The notes under the pieces were generated by a model. It made no database searches. It was not told the origin of the DNA and was given only the letters and a program-made list of their open reading frames with translations. Positions 10,801 through 22,310 of a stretch of 64,000 nt of DNA are shown here, piece after piece; position 1 is the stretch's first letter; every line of letters begins with the position of its first letter. Both the position numbers and the translations under genes were made by a program. Source of the DNA: Dipteris shenzhenensis (taxonomy: Eukaryota); NCBI GenBank assembly GCA_047967505.1, contig CM106538.1. One strand, given 5' to 3'.

Positions 10801-11340
10801 ATTGCAATTATCTTTTCCTCTCCTTCAGTCCCAAAGGTGTTCCCTTCAACTTTTGTACTCGTTCTATCGACTTCTCTCGTTCCTTCTCCATAGCACGTTG
10901 AACTTGGCCATAGATAGACCTTTCCAAATCTTGTTTTCTTTCAGCAAGCTTCTGGATTGATTCTTCCAATTCATGTCGCTCCAAGTCCAGTGCATGTGCT
11001 TTGTCACTGAGTTCTTTGTTTTGCAATTGGAGATCTTGCATACTATTATGCATTACCACAATAGTAATATTTCCCAAATGTGCAAGTTCTTCTGCTTGGG
11101 CTCTTTGCACCTCCCTTGCTTGCATAGCCAATGTCTGAGAATGGTTCAATCGATTGCAATAACCGAGTAATCCAGCATGTCCCTTGCCCACAAATTGAAC
11201 AACATCATGCACTGTATGAAAAGAAGGACTCTTTTGTGTGGCAGGGTCTAAAGGATACAAGTTTCCATCCACCCAAAGGTCAAGATGCTTCTTCCCTTGC
11301 AATCGAAGACTGTGGAGTACACTTTGAGGAGTTTCACTAT
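7864..11340 (-). pseudogene. RAG1/Transib-like DDE transposase pseudogene; introns 10742-10650, ~10134-9348 and 8315-8238
   Basis: Motifs occur in RAG1 order: AQKRRIR; VSREAYNSVFK..PLP; LVFVINMD (D at 9316-9318); QSEKDIWWL..KECHETL; LAGDLK (D at 9053-9055); CLYC; CTLHA; spliced THYM|HILYAH; LSIWNTQGMEKSH (E at 8161-8163). Several stops and frameshifts. Confidence 0.8.
9574..9897. repeat. Fold-back (MITE-like) inverted repeat inside the transposase intron
   Basis: Arms of ~135 bp (tgtacagaatttggtgattctgacac...gtgtcagaatcaccaaattctgcaca) with an internal ~40-bp tandem duplication at 9671-9752. Confidence 0.85.
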
Positions 11341-11344
11341 AGTA

Positions 11345-12340
11345 GCCAGGAGGGGGGCAGTAGGAGAGGGAGAGGGAGGGGGTTGTGTTGATCTAAGGGA
11401 GAGAGGGGGGCTGCATTGAAGCAGAGTTAGGAGTGGGAGGGGGGGTGTGTTGCAGGAGAGGTAGGAGTGGGAGGGGGGGTGCATTCAAAATCTGAGTGAA
11501 GAAAATCTCACAAGTCACGATTTTACTCAAAAATCAATGGAGCAACAAAGAAGAAGCTGTACACCAAAGAAAACCTGTACGCCAAAGAAAAAGATGTACG
11601 CCAAAGGAAAACTATACGCCAAAGAAAACCTGGATGCCAAAGAAAAAGCTGTACGCCAAAGGAAAGATTTAGCTGAGCAATTGTAGAGAGCTCCTGGCTG
11701 GCCATTGATGGTGTAGGCGTGATTCCTAAAAAGAGCAACCACAGTCAACGTGGTAGCAATGGAGGTGGAAGTAGAGGTAGAAGCTAAGGCCTGAGTACAA
11801 GAGGGAGGAGTGGGAGGGGGGGTGCGTTATAGGAGAGGGAGGGGGGTGCATTGTAGGAGAGGATGGAGTGGCAAGGGGGGTGCGTTGCAGGAGAGGCACG
11901 AGTGGGAGGGGGGGTGCACTGAAGGAGAAGCAGGAGGGGGGGTGCATTGCAGGAGAGGCAGGAGTGGGAGGGGGGGTGCATTGCAGGAGAGGGAGGAGTG
12001 GGAGGGGGGGTGCATTGAAGAAGAAGCAAGAGGGGGGGGGTGTTGCAAGAGAGGAAGGAGTGGGAGGGGGGGCTGCATTGAAGGAGAAGCAGGAGGGGAG
12101 GGTGCGTTGCAGGGGAGAGGCACATAGGAGGGTATGTAGAGGGGAGGGGGAGGTGGGTTAGGGGAACGCAGAAGGTGGCAGGAGGGGGTGCATAGAGGGC
12201 TGCATAGAGGGTGGTGGGTAGGGGGGTGTAGAGGGTTACGTAGAGGGTGGTGATTAGGGGGATGCGTAGAGGGTAGGGGAGACTCGTGAGGGGGGTGCTC
12301 AACTGGTAGAAGGGAAGCTACATAGAGGGTGGTGAGAGGG
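11345..12340. repeat. Degenerate G/A-rich tandem repeats, with a ~19-bp gtacgccaaagaaaa array at ~11555-11665
   Basis: Recurring gcattgcaggagaggcaggagtgggagggggggt units. Confidence 0.8.
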
Positions 12341-12939
12341 GGTGGCATAGAGAGGCTATGAGGGTGCAGGGAGAGGATCTGAAGATAGAGAGCAGGAGGA
12401 AGTAAAGGCCCAAGGAGGAGATGATGGAAGGCCCAAGGATGGCGGAAGCAGATGGAAGAGGAGCTGTAGCAAGAGATGTCATAGAGGAGATGGTGCTAGC
12501 AAGAGGCATGCAAGGCTGGAGTGGATAGAGGTGACAGAAGAAAGGGGGATACATAGGGGGGAGGATTGTCAAAAGCAAGAGAAAAGTTGACAAAAAAGTA
12601 GGAAAGCTAAAATTAGTAGGGTGCTAAAATAGTGCTTTGGAGTGTAATGTGTAAGGGGGTGGAGAGAACCAATGGAGGGGAGAGAGCCAAAAATCAAAAC
12701 CGCCAAACTTAACCAAATTCACCAAAATAGCACATTTGCCAAATTTAGCATATTCTCCAAATTTAGTGAAGTGCTAAAATTAGTTGGAAGTGTATCGCAA
12801 GGATGATGGAAGATGGAAAGAGAAGGTTTTGGTAAGAGATGAGAGATGGAGTGTGACAAAGGGTGGAGAGAGAAAGTATTGGTAGGAGAGAGGTGGGAGA
12901 GTGACCTAGGGTGGAGAGAGAAGGTGTTTGCAAGAGAGA

Positions 12940-13750
12940 GATAGAGGTGGACAAAGGATGGAAAGGGAATGAGTTTGTAAGAGAGAGGTGGGGGGTTGGA
13001 CGTAGGGTGGAAAGAGAAGGGTTTTGTAAGAGAGAGGTGGGGGGTTGGACATAGGGTGGAAAGAGAAGGGTTTTGTAAGAGAGAGGTGGGGGGGTTGGAC
13101 ATAGGGTGGAAAGGGAAGGGTTTTGTCAGAGAGAGGTGGGGGGTTAGACATAGGGCGGAAAGAGAAGGGTTTTGTAAGAGAGAGGTGGGGGGTGGACATA
13201 GGGTGGAAAGAGAAGGGTTTTGTAAGAGAGAGGTGGAAGGTTGGACACAAGGTGGAAAGGGAAGGGGTTTGTAAGAGAGAGATGGGAGGTTGGACAGAGG
13301 GTGGAAAGAGAAGGGGTTTGTAAGAGAGAGGTGGGAGGTTGGACATAGGGTGGAAAGGGAAGGGGTTTGTAAGAGAGAGGTGGGGGGTTGGACATTGGGT
13401 GGAAAGAGAAGGGGTTTGTAAGAGAGAGGTGGGGGGTTGGACATAGGGTGGAAAGGGAAGGGTTTTGTAAGAGAGAGGTGGGGGGGTTGGACATAGGGTG
13501 GAAAGGGAAGGGTTTTGTAAGAGAGAGGTGGGGGGTTGGACATAGTGTGGAAAGGGAAGGGTTTTGTAAGAGAGTGGTGGGGTTGGACATAGGGTGGAAA
13601 GAGAAGGGGTTAGAGAGAGGTGGAAGGTTAGACATAGGGCGAAAAGAGAAGGTTTTTGTAAGAGAGAGGTGGGGGGGTTGGACATATGGTGAAAAGAGAA
13701 GAGTTTTGTAAGAGAGAGGTAGGGGGTCAGACATAGGGTGGAAAGAGAAG
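12940..13750. repeat. ~47-bp G-rich minisatellite
   Basis: Unit ttttgtaagagagaggtggggggttggacatagggtggaaagagaagg, roughly 17 copies. Confidence 0.95.
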
Positions 13751-14257
13751 GGAAAAGTGACACAGGATGAAAAGGGGAGGCCATAATTAGAGAGAGAAAG
13801 TGACACAGGATGAAAAGAGGAGGCCGCACTTAGAGAGAGAAAGTGACACAAGATGAAAAGAGGAGGCCTCACTTAGAGAGAGAAAGTGACACGGAGTGAA
13901 AAAGGGAGGCCTCACTTAGAGAGAGAAAGTGGCACGAGATGAAAAGGGGAGGTTGCACTTAGAGAGAGAAAGTGGCACGGGGTAAAAAAGGGAGGCCTCA
14001 CTTAGAGAGAGAAAGTGGCGTGGGGTGAAAAGGGGAGGTCACACTTAGAGAGAAAAAGTGGCATGGGGTGAAAAGGGGAGGCCTCACTTAGAGAGAGAAA
14101 GTGACACTGGGGTGGAAAAGGGAGGTCGCACTAAGAGAGAGAAACTGACATGGGGTGAAAAGGGGAGGCCTCACTTGGAGAGAGAAAGTGACACTTGGGG
14201 GGAAAGAGAAGGACCCATGTAGGGAGAGAAAGTGGCACCAGGTGAAGAGAGGAGGAT
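13751..14257. repeat. ~43-bp minisatellite, continuing at 15564-15650 after a solo LTR
   Basis: Unit cttagagagagaaagtgacacggggtgaaaaggggaggcctca. The variant ggacccatgtagagagagaaagtggcacca occurs on both sides of the insertion. Confidence 0.9.
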
Positions 14258-15563
14258 TGTTGTCTCTATGCCAACATGGACTTAGGTAGAACAGAATGTG
14301 TGTGTAGAGTAGCGACAAAGCTCCACTTGTACTTGCATAAGGCTAGAAATAATCCCTCTTAGAAATCCAACTTGCATGTTCTACATGCAAGTTCTACATA
14401 TGATTCCTACATGCAACTCCTACATGCGAGTTCTACATGCAACTTCTACATGTGAGTCCCACATGCAACTCCTACATGCAACTCCTACATGCGAGTTCTA
14501 CATGCGAGTTCTCCATGCGACTCCTACATGCAACTCCTACATGCGAGTTCTACATGCAACTCCTACATGCAACTTCTATATGCAAGTTCTACATGTAGAG
14601 AGAGAATGTCTTACAATTCCTACATGCACAGAGAGAAGCTCTCCAACTTTAATAAATACCCCATAATGGAATGAAGCCCACACTCTTTGGGGCATTGTGT
14701 TGAGTTCTACTTTGGTATTCCAAGCAATTGTCTCAAGTGTCCATCCTTCCTTGCACTCCACGTCCAAAAGCATGTCCTATCCTTACAACTCCTCCTCTCC
14801 TCTCCTCCAACCTTGCAACCCATCCTCTCCCTCTCCTCCTCCCTCCTCCTCCTCCCTCCTCCTCCTCCTCCTCCTCCTCCTCCCTTCTTCTCCTCCTCCC
14901 TCCTCTTCCTCTCCTCCTCCCTCCTCCTCCTCCTCCTCCTCCCTCTCCTCCTCCTCCCTCCTCTCTTTTCTTTCCCCTATGCTCTTACACCTTCTTCCTC
15001 TCCCACTCCTATGTTCCCCCTAAACCCTTTGTTCCTCAACCCTTAACCTCCATGATCTACGAGGGAGACAAGTTCTCCACCATGTACTCTACCATGAACC
15101 TTGGATCCTCCTTCTAACCCTGGAACCTCTTCTAAACTCTGGAACCTCTCTCTAAACCTTGGAACCTCCTTCTAACCCTTGAACCTCCTTCTAAACCTTG
15201 GAACCTCCTTCTATCCCTTGAACCTCTAAACTCTAGAACCTCCTTCTAAACCTTGGAACCTTCTTCTAACCCTTAAACTCCTCCTATAAAAACCCTGCAA
15301 CCCCCAATGAAGGCAAAAGTCTTCATTACCTCAACCATGATGATACATGTTCCTTTTACACATGCATGCACTATGTCTGCTTACCACACTTAAGCCTACA
15401 TCTCTCAACAGAACACGACTCGAGGTCCTAAGCTACACGTATACTAAAAACAACAACCCTGATATATCTACAGGTGACAAAAAGCCTCGGAACCCTACAA
15501 ACTGAGAATACCATACTGAGAATACCCTGCTCTTCCCACAGAAGCCATGGGAAAGAGCCAACA
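14258..15563. mobile_element. Solo LTR (1306 bp) with internal minisatellites
   Basis: Termini TGTTGTCTCT...AGAGCCAACA match 9/10 as an inverted pair; TSD AGGAT/AGGAC. It contains 13-bp catgcaactccta repeats (~14366-14595), a (CCT)n tract and ~21-bp ccttggaacctccttctaa repeats. Confidence 0.85.
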
Positions 15564-15709
15564 AGGACCCATGTAGAGAGAGAAAGTGGCACCAAGTGCA
15601 GAGAGGAGGACCCTTGTAGAGAGAGAAAGTGGCACTCAAAAGGAGAAGATGTCACGAGGGAAGGAGAAGGCAAGAGTGTATATACAAGGACTAGGAGGGT
15701 GTTTCCTCA

Positions 15710-18700
15710 TCATTGATCATGGTACCTCTTGATGCATGACCCATTCACTAATGCACATAAGAGTCTGCCTTCCAAGGTGGCCAAGTAGACTCCTCCACTT
15801 GGGATAAGCTTGGCAATGAAAAATGGGCCTGTCCAACCACTTACAAACTTAGGTTTGTGTTTGAGAAACTTACTGGAATACAAGAGTACTAAATCACCAA
15901 CTTTGAAATCCCTCTTCCTGAGGTTCTGGTCATGCCAAGCTTTCTGTCGTTTCTGCCACACTTCTTGAGCGAAGACTACTTCACGTCGATGCTCTGCTAG
16001 TGCCTCCAAATCCCACAAGCGTTCCATTGTGCAGGCTTCAAAGTTGTTATTTTTGTCTGGAAAAACCCTGTGGGTGTCAAGATGAAATTCATAAGGCATG
16101 ATGGCCTCCAGTCCATAAAGCAGCTCGAAGGGTAAATACCCAGTACTCACCTTGTAAGGAGTTCGATAGGCAAATAAAGCAGCTGGAAGTATGTCATCCC
16201 AATCTGCTAAAGAGCTTAGGCAAAGATGATGCATGATTCTGCACATTGTGCGATTTGAGCTCTCAGTTAGACCATTGGCATGTGGGTAATAGGGAGATGA
16301 AAATTTGTGAACTATTTGTAGTAGGTGAACCAGTGGAGCAATGGTGTCATTTAGGAGGTGAGTCCCTCTATCACTCATCAACTCAACAGGACAGCCAAAC
16401 CGAGAGATGATCTGCTGGTCATATAGAAATGTGGCTACTATGTGGGTTGTACAGTTCTTGACTGCCTTGGCTTCGACCCATTTGGTTCCATAGTCGGTGG
16501 CAAGCAGAGCATACTTGTTCCCTTGACGTGTGGCAGGAGAGATGGGTCCAATGAAATCCAATCCCCAACGATAGAAGGGGGGCATCGAAGTGAATGGTTT
16601 GAGAGGAAGGTACTCGTGCCTTGTAGGCTTGGGGCTTGCTTGTTGACATGAATCACATTGGGTTACATGAGCATGGCAATCACGAAAGAGCTTGGGCCAC
16701 CAGAACCCCGCATGCATGATCTTCTGAAAAGTAGCATCTGAGGCCATATGCCCTCCACCTATGCTAGCATATGCCTCTTCAAGAATGGATTGTGTCTCAT
16801 GGGAAGCACACACCTCATCTCAAGATCTAGTCCTTCCTGAGCTTGTACAATTGACCTACAATCAACTTAAAAGGAGTAGCTTGAAGGATCTGCTTGCATT
16901 TCTCTGTTGGAGTTAGACCTAGAGGAAAGCCATCTGTAGACAAGAGGTATACTATGTTGGCATACCATGGTGGGGAGCAGTCCACCACAAATAGGCATTC
17001 ATCAAGTAGTGCCATCACCCCAAACAAGCCTGCATCGGGTAATTCATCGGTGATACCACTGGCTGGTTCCTCGGAATGTAACCTGGACAAGTGGTCTGTA
17101 GGTTGATGCAGTCTCCTAGCCCTCACCACAATGTCGAATTCAAATTCTTGAAAAAGAAGAATCGATTTGCTTAACAGGCCACCAAGAGTAGGCTTATTCA
17201 ATAAATACTTAAGAGCTTGATGATAAGTGATGATCACAAACTTGTTGCCCAAGAGGTAGTGATGATACTTGGTCATGGCATAAACCATGCCGAGGCCCTC
17301 CCTTTCTGTGGTACTATAATTGCATTCTATTCCATTGAGTTGTCGACTGGCGAAGTAGATGGGCAAATCAATCTTGGTTTCTTGGTTAGGTTGAGCCAGT
17401 ATAGCACCTACTGCCCACCCACTAGCATCCACATGGGCATGAAAAATTACATCCCAATCGGGCTACTTGAGGATGGGGGCCTTCAACGATGCTTCAGATC
17501 ATCAAAGGCTAGTTGTTATGGGGTAGCCCAAATAAAATATCGGTCTTGATGTAGGAGTTCTATCAATGCAACAACAATGTCGGCATAGAAATGTATAAAC
17601 CTTCGGTAATATCCTACATGCCCTAAGAAGGACTTCACCTCTTTGGGTGTACGAGGGATAGGCAATGAGATGATCACCTGTACCTTTGCGGGGTCCATAG
17701 TCATGCCCTCAGCAGAAACAATATGACCAAGGAGAACATCTCGGAGTGCAAGAAAGAAACATTTGTCAGGGTTCACACACAAGCGCACGTCTTTGCACTT
17801 ATCAAAGACCCATCTCAACTTATGTAGATGATCATTTTGTCTGGCCAGATGGGAGGCCGACTTACCATTAAAAATAGAGAAGTCATCTAGAAATACCTCA
17901 AGAAACTTGCCGATATTCTCCTGAAAGACTTTGGTTACAAGTCGTTGAATTGTTGCCAGGGCATTACATAATCCAAAGGGCATCATTCGGTAGGCATATG
18001 TTCCCCATTGAGTGACAAAGGTAGTCTTGGGCTGATCCTGTTCTTTCACTCGGACTTGGTTGTACCCACTATATCCATCCATGAATGAGTATAAAGCATG
18101 TCCTGCCACTGTCTCCAACACTCTATCTGTGAAGGGAAGAGGGAACCTATCATGTCATGTTGCAGCATTCAAACTCCGATAGTCAACACATATTCTAAGT
18201 TTGTTAGTCTCTCTTTTGGGTACAATGACAATTCCCGCTAACCCAATCAGAGTAATCCACTGGGTAAATTAATCCTGATTGCTCCATTTTTGTATATCTA
18301 TTTGGACTACCTTGCCATAGTTGGGATTCATGCGGTATGGACCTTTAATCACAGGGTCTGCATCCGGATATAAGTTGATGCGATTCTCCATGAAATAAGC
18401 GGGCACCCCCTTCAGATCCTTGTAGGACCAGGCAAAGACATCCACAAATTATTTCAAAAGGTCAGTGACTACAGCTAGAAGATAGTCATGTTCCCAAATC
18501 CAAGTGGCTAACTTCAAATGCCGGGGTTGGTGGTCCTCAGTCCCAATGTTGAGATACCGCCAATTCTGTGCCTCATTAACATTGGCAATGCATAAGGATG
18601 TTGAGGTACTTGGTTCACCCATTCTCAGACCTGTATGTGCTGGAGTATCTTCAAGGGGAAAGTCCCCCTCCACTTCTCTCAACCAAGATGGGGGGTAAGT

Positions 18701-18781
18701 AACTGCTGGGTTCTTAGGCACGGACTGAGATGTAGAATTAGTAGATGTTGTAGATGTTGTATGCCTTCGACGCCTCAGTGC
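15710..18781 (-). mobile_element. Degenerate Ty3/Gypsy pol (RT-RH-INT, no extra RNase H); host of the nested element
   Basis: RT DGYSGYNQ..MPFGL..FLDDF, RH DASGWAVGAIL, and INT with HHCC, WGLDFIGP, SDRGTH and GPF. Confidence 0.93.
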
Positions 18782-21642
18782 TGTGATGCCAAAAATTGAT
18801 ATTTTTAACTTGGCATTGATATTGTTTTTCTTTATGTTTGATAAGGGTTTGAGTATTAAGTGATAGCCTAGCGGCTCTCACTTATTTCTATTTTCTATGA
18901 TGTTGTATGGGATTGAGAGGATGAGTGGAATGGCTCATTGTAAATACCATAGGTATGAATTATAAATACCTTGGTATGGGGTGAGAGTTATTTGTGTATG
19001 GGATATTATGAGTTTTTTAGAAAATAGGAAGAGTGGGTCATATAAAGAGGTGGGCTCATCTCCATGTGTTCCAATAATATAAGAGAGGCCACATGCTAAG
19101 AGTGTGGAAGGCATGTGGAGGAGTGTGAAGTCAAGAGGAATCCTTCTAGAACTCCTATGTGGAATAAGGAGGATGTGGACATGTGGAAAAGAGAGGGTCC
19201 CTATGGGCTCCATGTGGGGAGACTCTTGACTTTCTCAATATTTTAAGAGTCTTGAGCATCTTTTGATGGGACACATGGCAAGAGTAGCCAAAAGGAAAAT
19301 GAATGGTGACATACGTGCTTATGTGATTAATGGGGAAAGGAATCTACAAGCAGCAATTGTAAATGGGTGAAGGAGGGTAACAAAATCTCTATAAAAGGAG
19401 CCCTCCTCTCCCTTGTTCATCAATCTCTTCCACCATTAGGCCTCATGTTGCTATAGCTCTAGTCTCCCCAAGCCTCTTTCATGAGCCTTCTCTCCTTCTT
19501 GTAGATATTCTCTTATGTAGACTCTTGAGTCCTTCTCTCTCTAGTTTATTCTCTCTCTATGAGTAGTCTTGGAGCTTCCGCTCCCTCTTGTATGTATGAA
19601 ACCTCTTCTTATCCCTTGTGTTTGTAGTGTTGGAGTGGATTCTCACTCTATTTGTAATGAAGGTCACTTCAGGTTCTCTCTCTCTTGAGTGTCTCTTCCC
19701 TTTTCTTTCTTTCAAAGCCTTAAAAGTTCTTTCTATTCGGCTGCTCACTGTGCATACATGGTCCATTTGTTTCTCGAGCCACCATGCAAACTCCTTCCCC
19801 TCTTCTAGGCAAAATCTATGAGGGGTGGATCGTTGATGAAGGTAGAGTCTTGAGGGAGCATCCTGCTCAGGCGAAATTAGCCTGGGTGGAGGGTAGTTTT
19901 CATGACAGTTTGACCCCCTGTTAGTATTTTACTCATAACTTTCTGCTCGGTAGTCCATATCAGCGCGAAGCTCTCTTCAAGATGCATGTTTTTATGTAAT
20001 CAGATCTTGAATCAGATAATGTTGCAAAAAGTTATGAGTCTCTGTGTTTGACAGTCTGTTTTTATGATAGTTTTTTACCCCTGTCTAGTAAACTATCCAT
20101 AACTTTTTGGCCGCTTCTCTGTTTCTTACGAAACATATATCCCCGCAATTATAAATGGGTGAAGGAGGATAACAAAATCTCTATAAAAGAAGCCCTCCTT
20201 TTCCTTGTTCATCAATCTCTTCCACCATTAGGCCTCATGTTGCTATAGCTCTAGTCTCACCAAGCCTCTTTCATGAGCCTTCTCTCCCTCTTGTAGATAT
20301 TCTCTTATGTAGACTCTTGAGTCCTTCTCTCTCTAGTTTATTCTCTCTCTATGAGTAGTCTTGGAGCTTTCGCTCCCTCTTGTATGTATGAAACCTCTTC
20401 TTATCCCTTGTGTTTGTAGTGTTGGAGTGGATTCTCACTCTATTTATAATGAAGGTCACTTCAGGTTCTCTCTCTCTTGAGTGTCTCTTCCCTTTTCTTT
20501 CTTTCAAAGCCTTAAAAGTTCTTTCTATTCGGCTGCTCACTATGCATACATGGTCCATTTGTTTCTCGAGCCACCATGCAAACTTCTTCTCCTCTTCTAG
20601 GCAAAATCTATGAGGCGTGGATCGTTGATGAAGGTAGAGTCTTGAGGGAGCATCCTGCTCAGGCGAAATTAGCCTAGGTGGAGGGTAGTTTTCATGACAG
20701 TTTGACCCCCTGTTAGTATTTTACTCATAACTTTGTGCTCGGTAGTCCGATTGTAATGAAATTTATATCACCACAAAGATCTCTTCAAGACGCATGTTTC
20801 TATATAATCAGATCTTGAATCACATACTACGGCAAAAAGTTATGAGTCTCTGTGTTTGACAGTCTGTTTTCATGACAGTTTTTTACCCCCGTCTAGTAAA
20901 CTGTCCATAACTTTTTGGCCGCTTCTCTGTTTCTTACGAAACATATATCAGCGTAAATCTCTCTTTAAGGCACATGTTTCCATGTGGTTAGATCTTGAAT
21001 CAGATACTGTTGCAAAATGTTATGAGTCTCTGTGTTTGACAGTCTGTTTTCATGACAGTTTTTACCCCCTTCTAGTAAACTATCCATATCTCTTCAACCG
21101 TCTATCTGTTTTCAATGAAGCTTATATCAGCGCAAAGCCCATCTCAAGCTGCATATCTTTGTGTACTTGAATCTTTGATATCATGTCTCTACTGAAAGTT
21201 ATAGGCCTCTGTGTCTAATGACAGTTTGTAGAGTGTTTTGAGCTAAGTGTAAAGGTGTCTGAAGGAGGTGCAATGTTTCCTCGAAATCTACCCATCCGAC
21301 CTAATCAGCCCCTTCAAACTCCTCGATATATATCAGTTCATGTCATGTTGAGCTGCAAGATCTTCTTTCAACAACGTATCGCTCTTCTCTTTGGCGCAGA
21401 CCGGCTCGCTGAGATTATGGCCTCTGTTGATCCTTTCCTTCTCCCTAAGCTTGATTATAACATCACTTGGGATATTACCATCTTCATTCTCATCTGAGGG
21501 AGGAAAGTATGGTGTGGTATCTTGGCATAAAAGCTTCTTTCTAATGTCCCGTTCTCAATGATAAATATCTTTGTCTGTCAGTTCGAAAGCAGCAGGAAGT
21601 GAAAAGGTGCGTGAAGTTTATTACCCCCAACCTCATGTCACA
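18782..21642 (+). repeat. 5' LTR (2861 bp) with a ~790-bp internal tandem duplication
   Basis: Homologous to 27345-29403; the segment starting gcaatt(g/a)taaatgggtgaagg occurs at ~19353 and ~20145. Confidence 0.93.
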
Positions 21643-21647
21643 TCTTT

Positions 21648-21663
21648 TGGTGGAGACACCGGG
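21648..21663 (+). promoter_or_regulatory. Primer-binding site, tRNA-Ala-like
   Basis: TGGTGGAGACACCGGG lies 5 nt after the LTR and is complementary to a ...CUCCACCA 3' end. Confidence 0.65.
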
Positions 21664-22310
21664 TACGTTTGGTATTGGATTCATCCCACCTTACTAAACG
21701 GTCTCGGGTGTGCCTGATTGCATGTTATGCCTAGAAGAGGCATGTGTTTTAATGAGGTAAAGAAGATGCCTAGAAGAACTCCGTTAGAAGAGATTGCAAC
21801 CCGTTTAAGAGAACTTGAAGATTGTGAAGGTGATGCTCAAGCTATTCGCACAGTCACCATGATCATATCCTTTATGTTTGCATTGTTGAATATGTTGGTG
21901 AATCAACAATGCCAGCAGCAGGCACAATGATAGATTGGGGATTGTTCCATGCACTGGCAGCTTGGTGTGAAGAAGAGTTGAGTCTTTGGGTAGTTTTCGA
22001 CTATAATAGCCGAGTGGTGATTCTTAATGCTTTCAACTTCTTTTGCTATGCAAATGATGAAGAGTACAATATCTTGAAGTTTTTATGTACACTTCCTATT
22101 GTGAGAAGGGTGATTCTAGAATGCATGTATACACAATGTTTCCATGGTGCTGGTTGGTCACTTATTTTTGAAGATTTTGTTGAGGATCACATTGTGGAGG
22201 GTTTTCAACAAGTGCTTATGCATAATAAGTTGGTCTTGGTATACTAAGGCTCTGTGGGATCTTGTTTGGGATATCATTTGGATCTTGGTGTTTCCTTTTT
22301 GTGTTTCATC

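Noticed and set aside
12940-14257. CRISPR-like regular repeats
   Set aside because: Units are contiguous with no unique spacers, there are no cas genes, and the context is eukaryotic.
11726-15117. Long Pro/Leu/Ser-rich or Gly/Arg-rich ORFs
   Set aside because: Artefacts of stop-poor minisatellites that are open in several frames.
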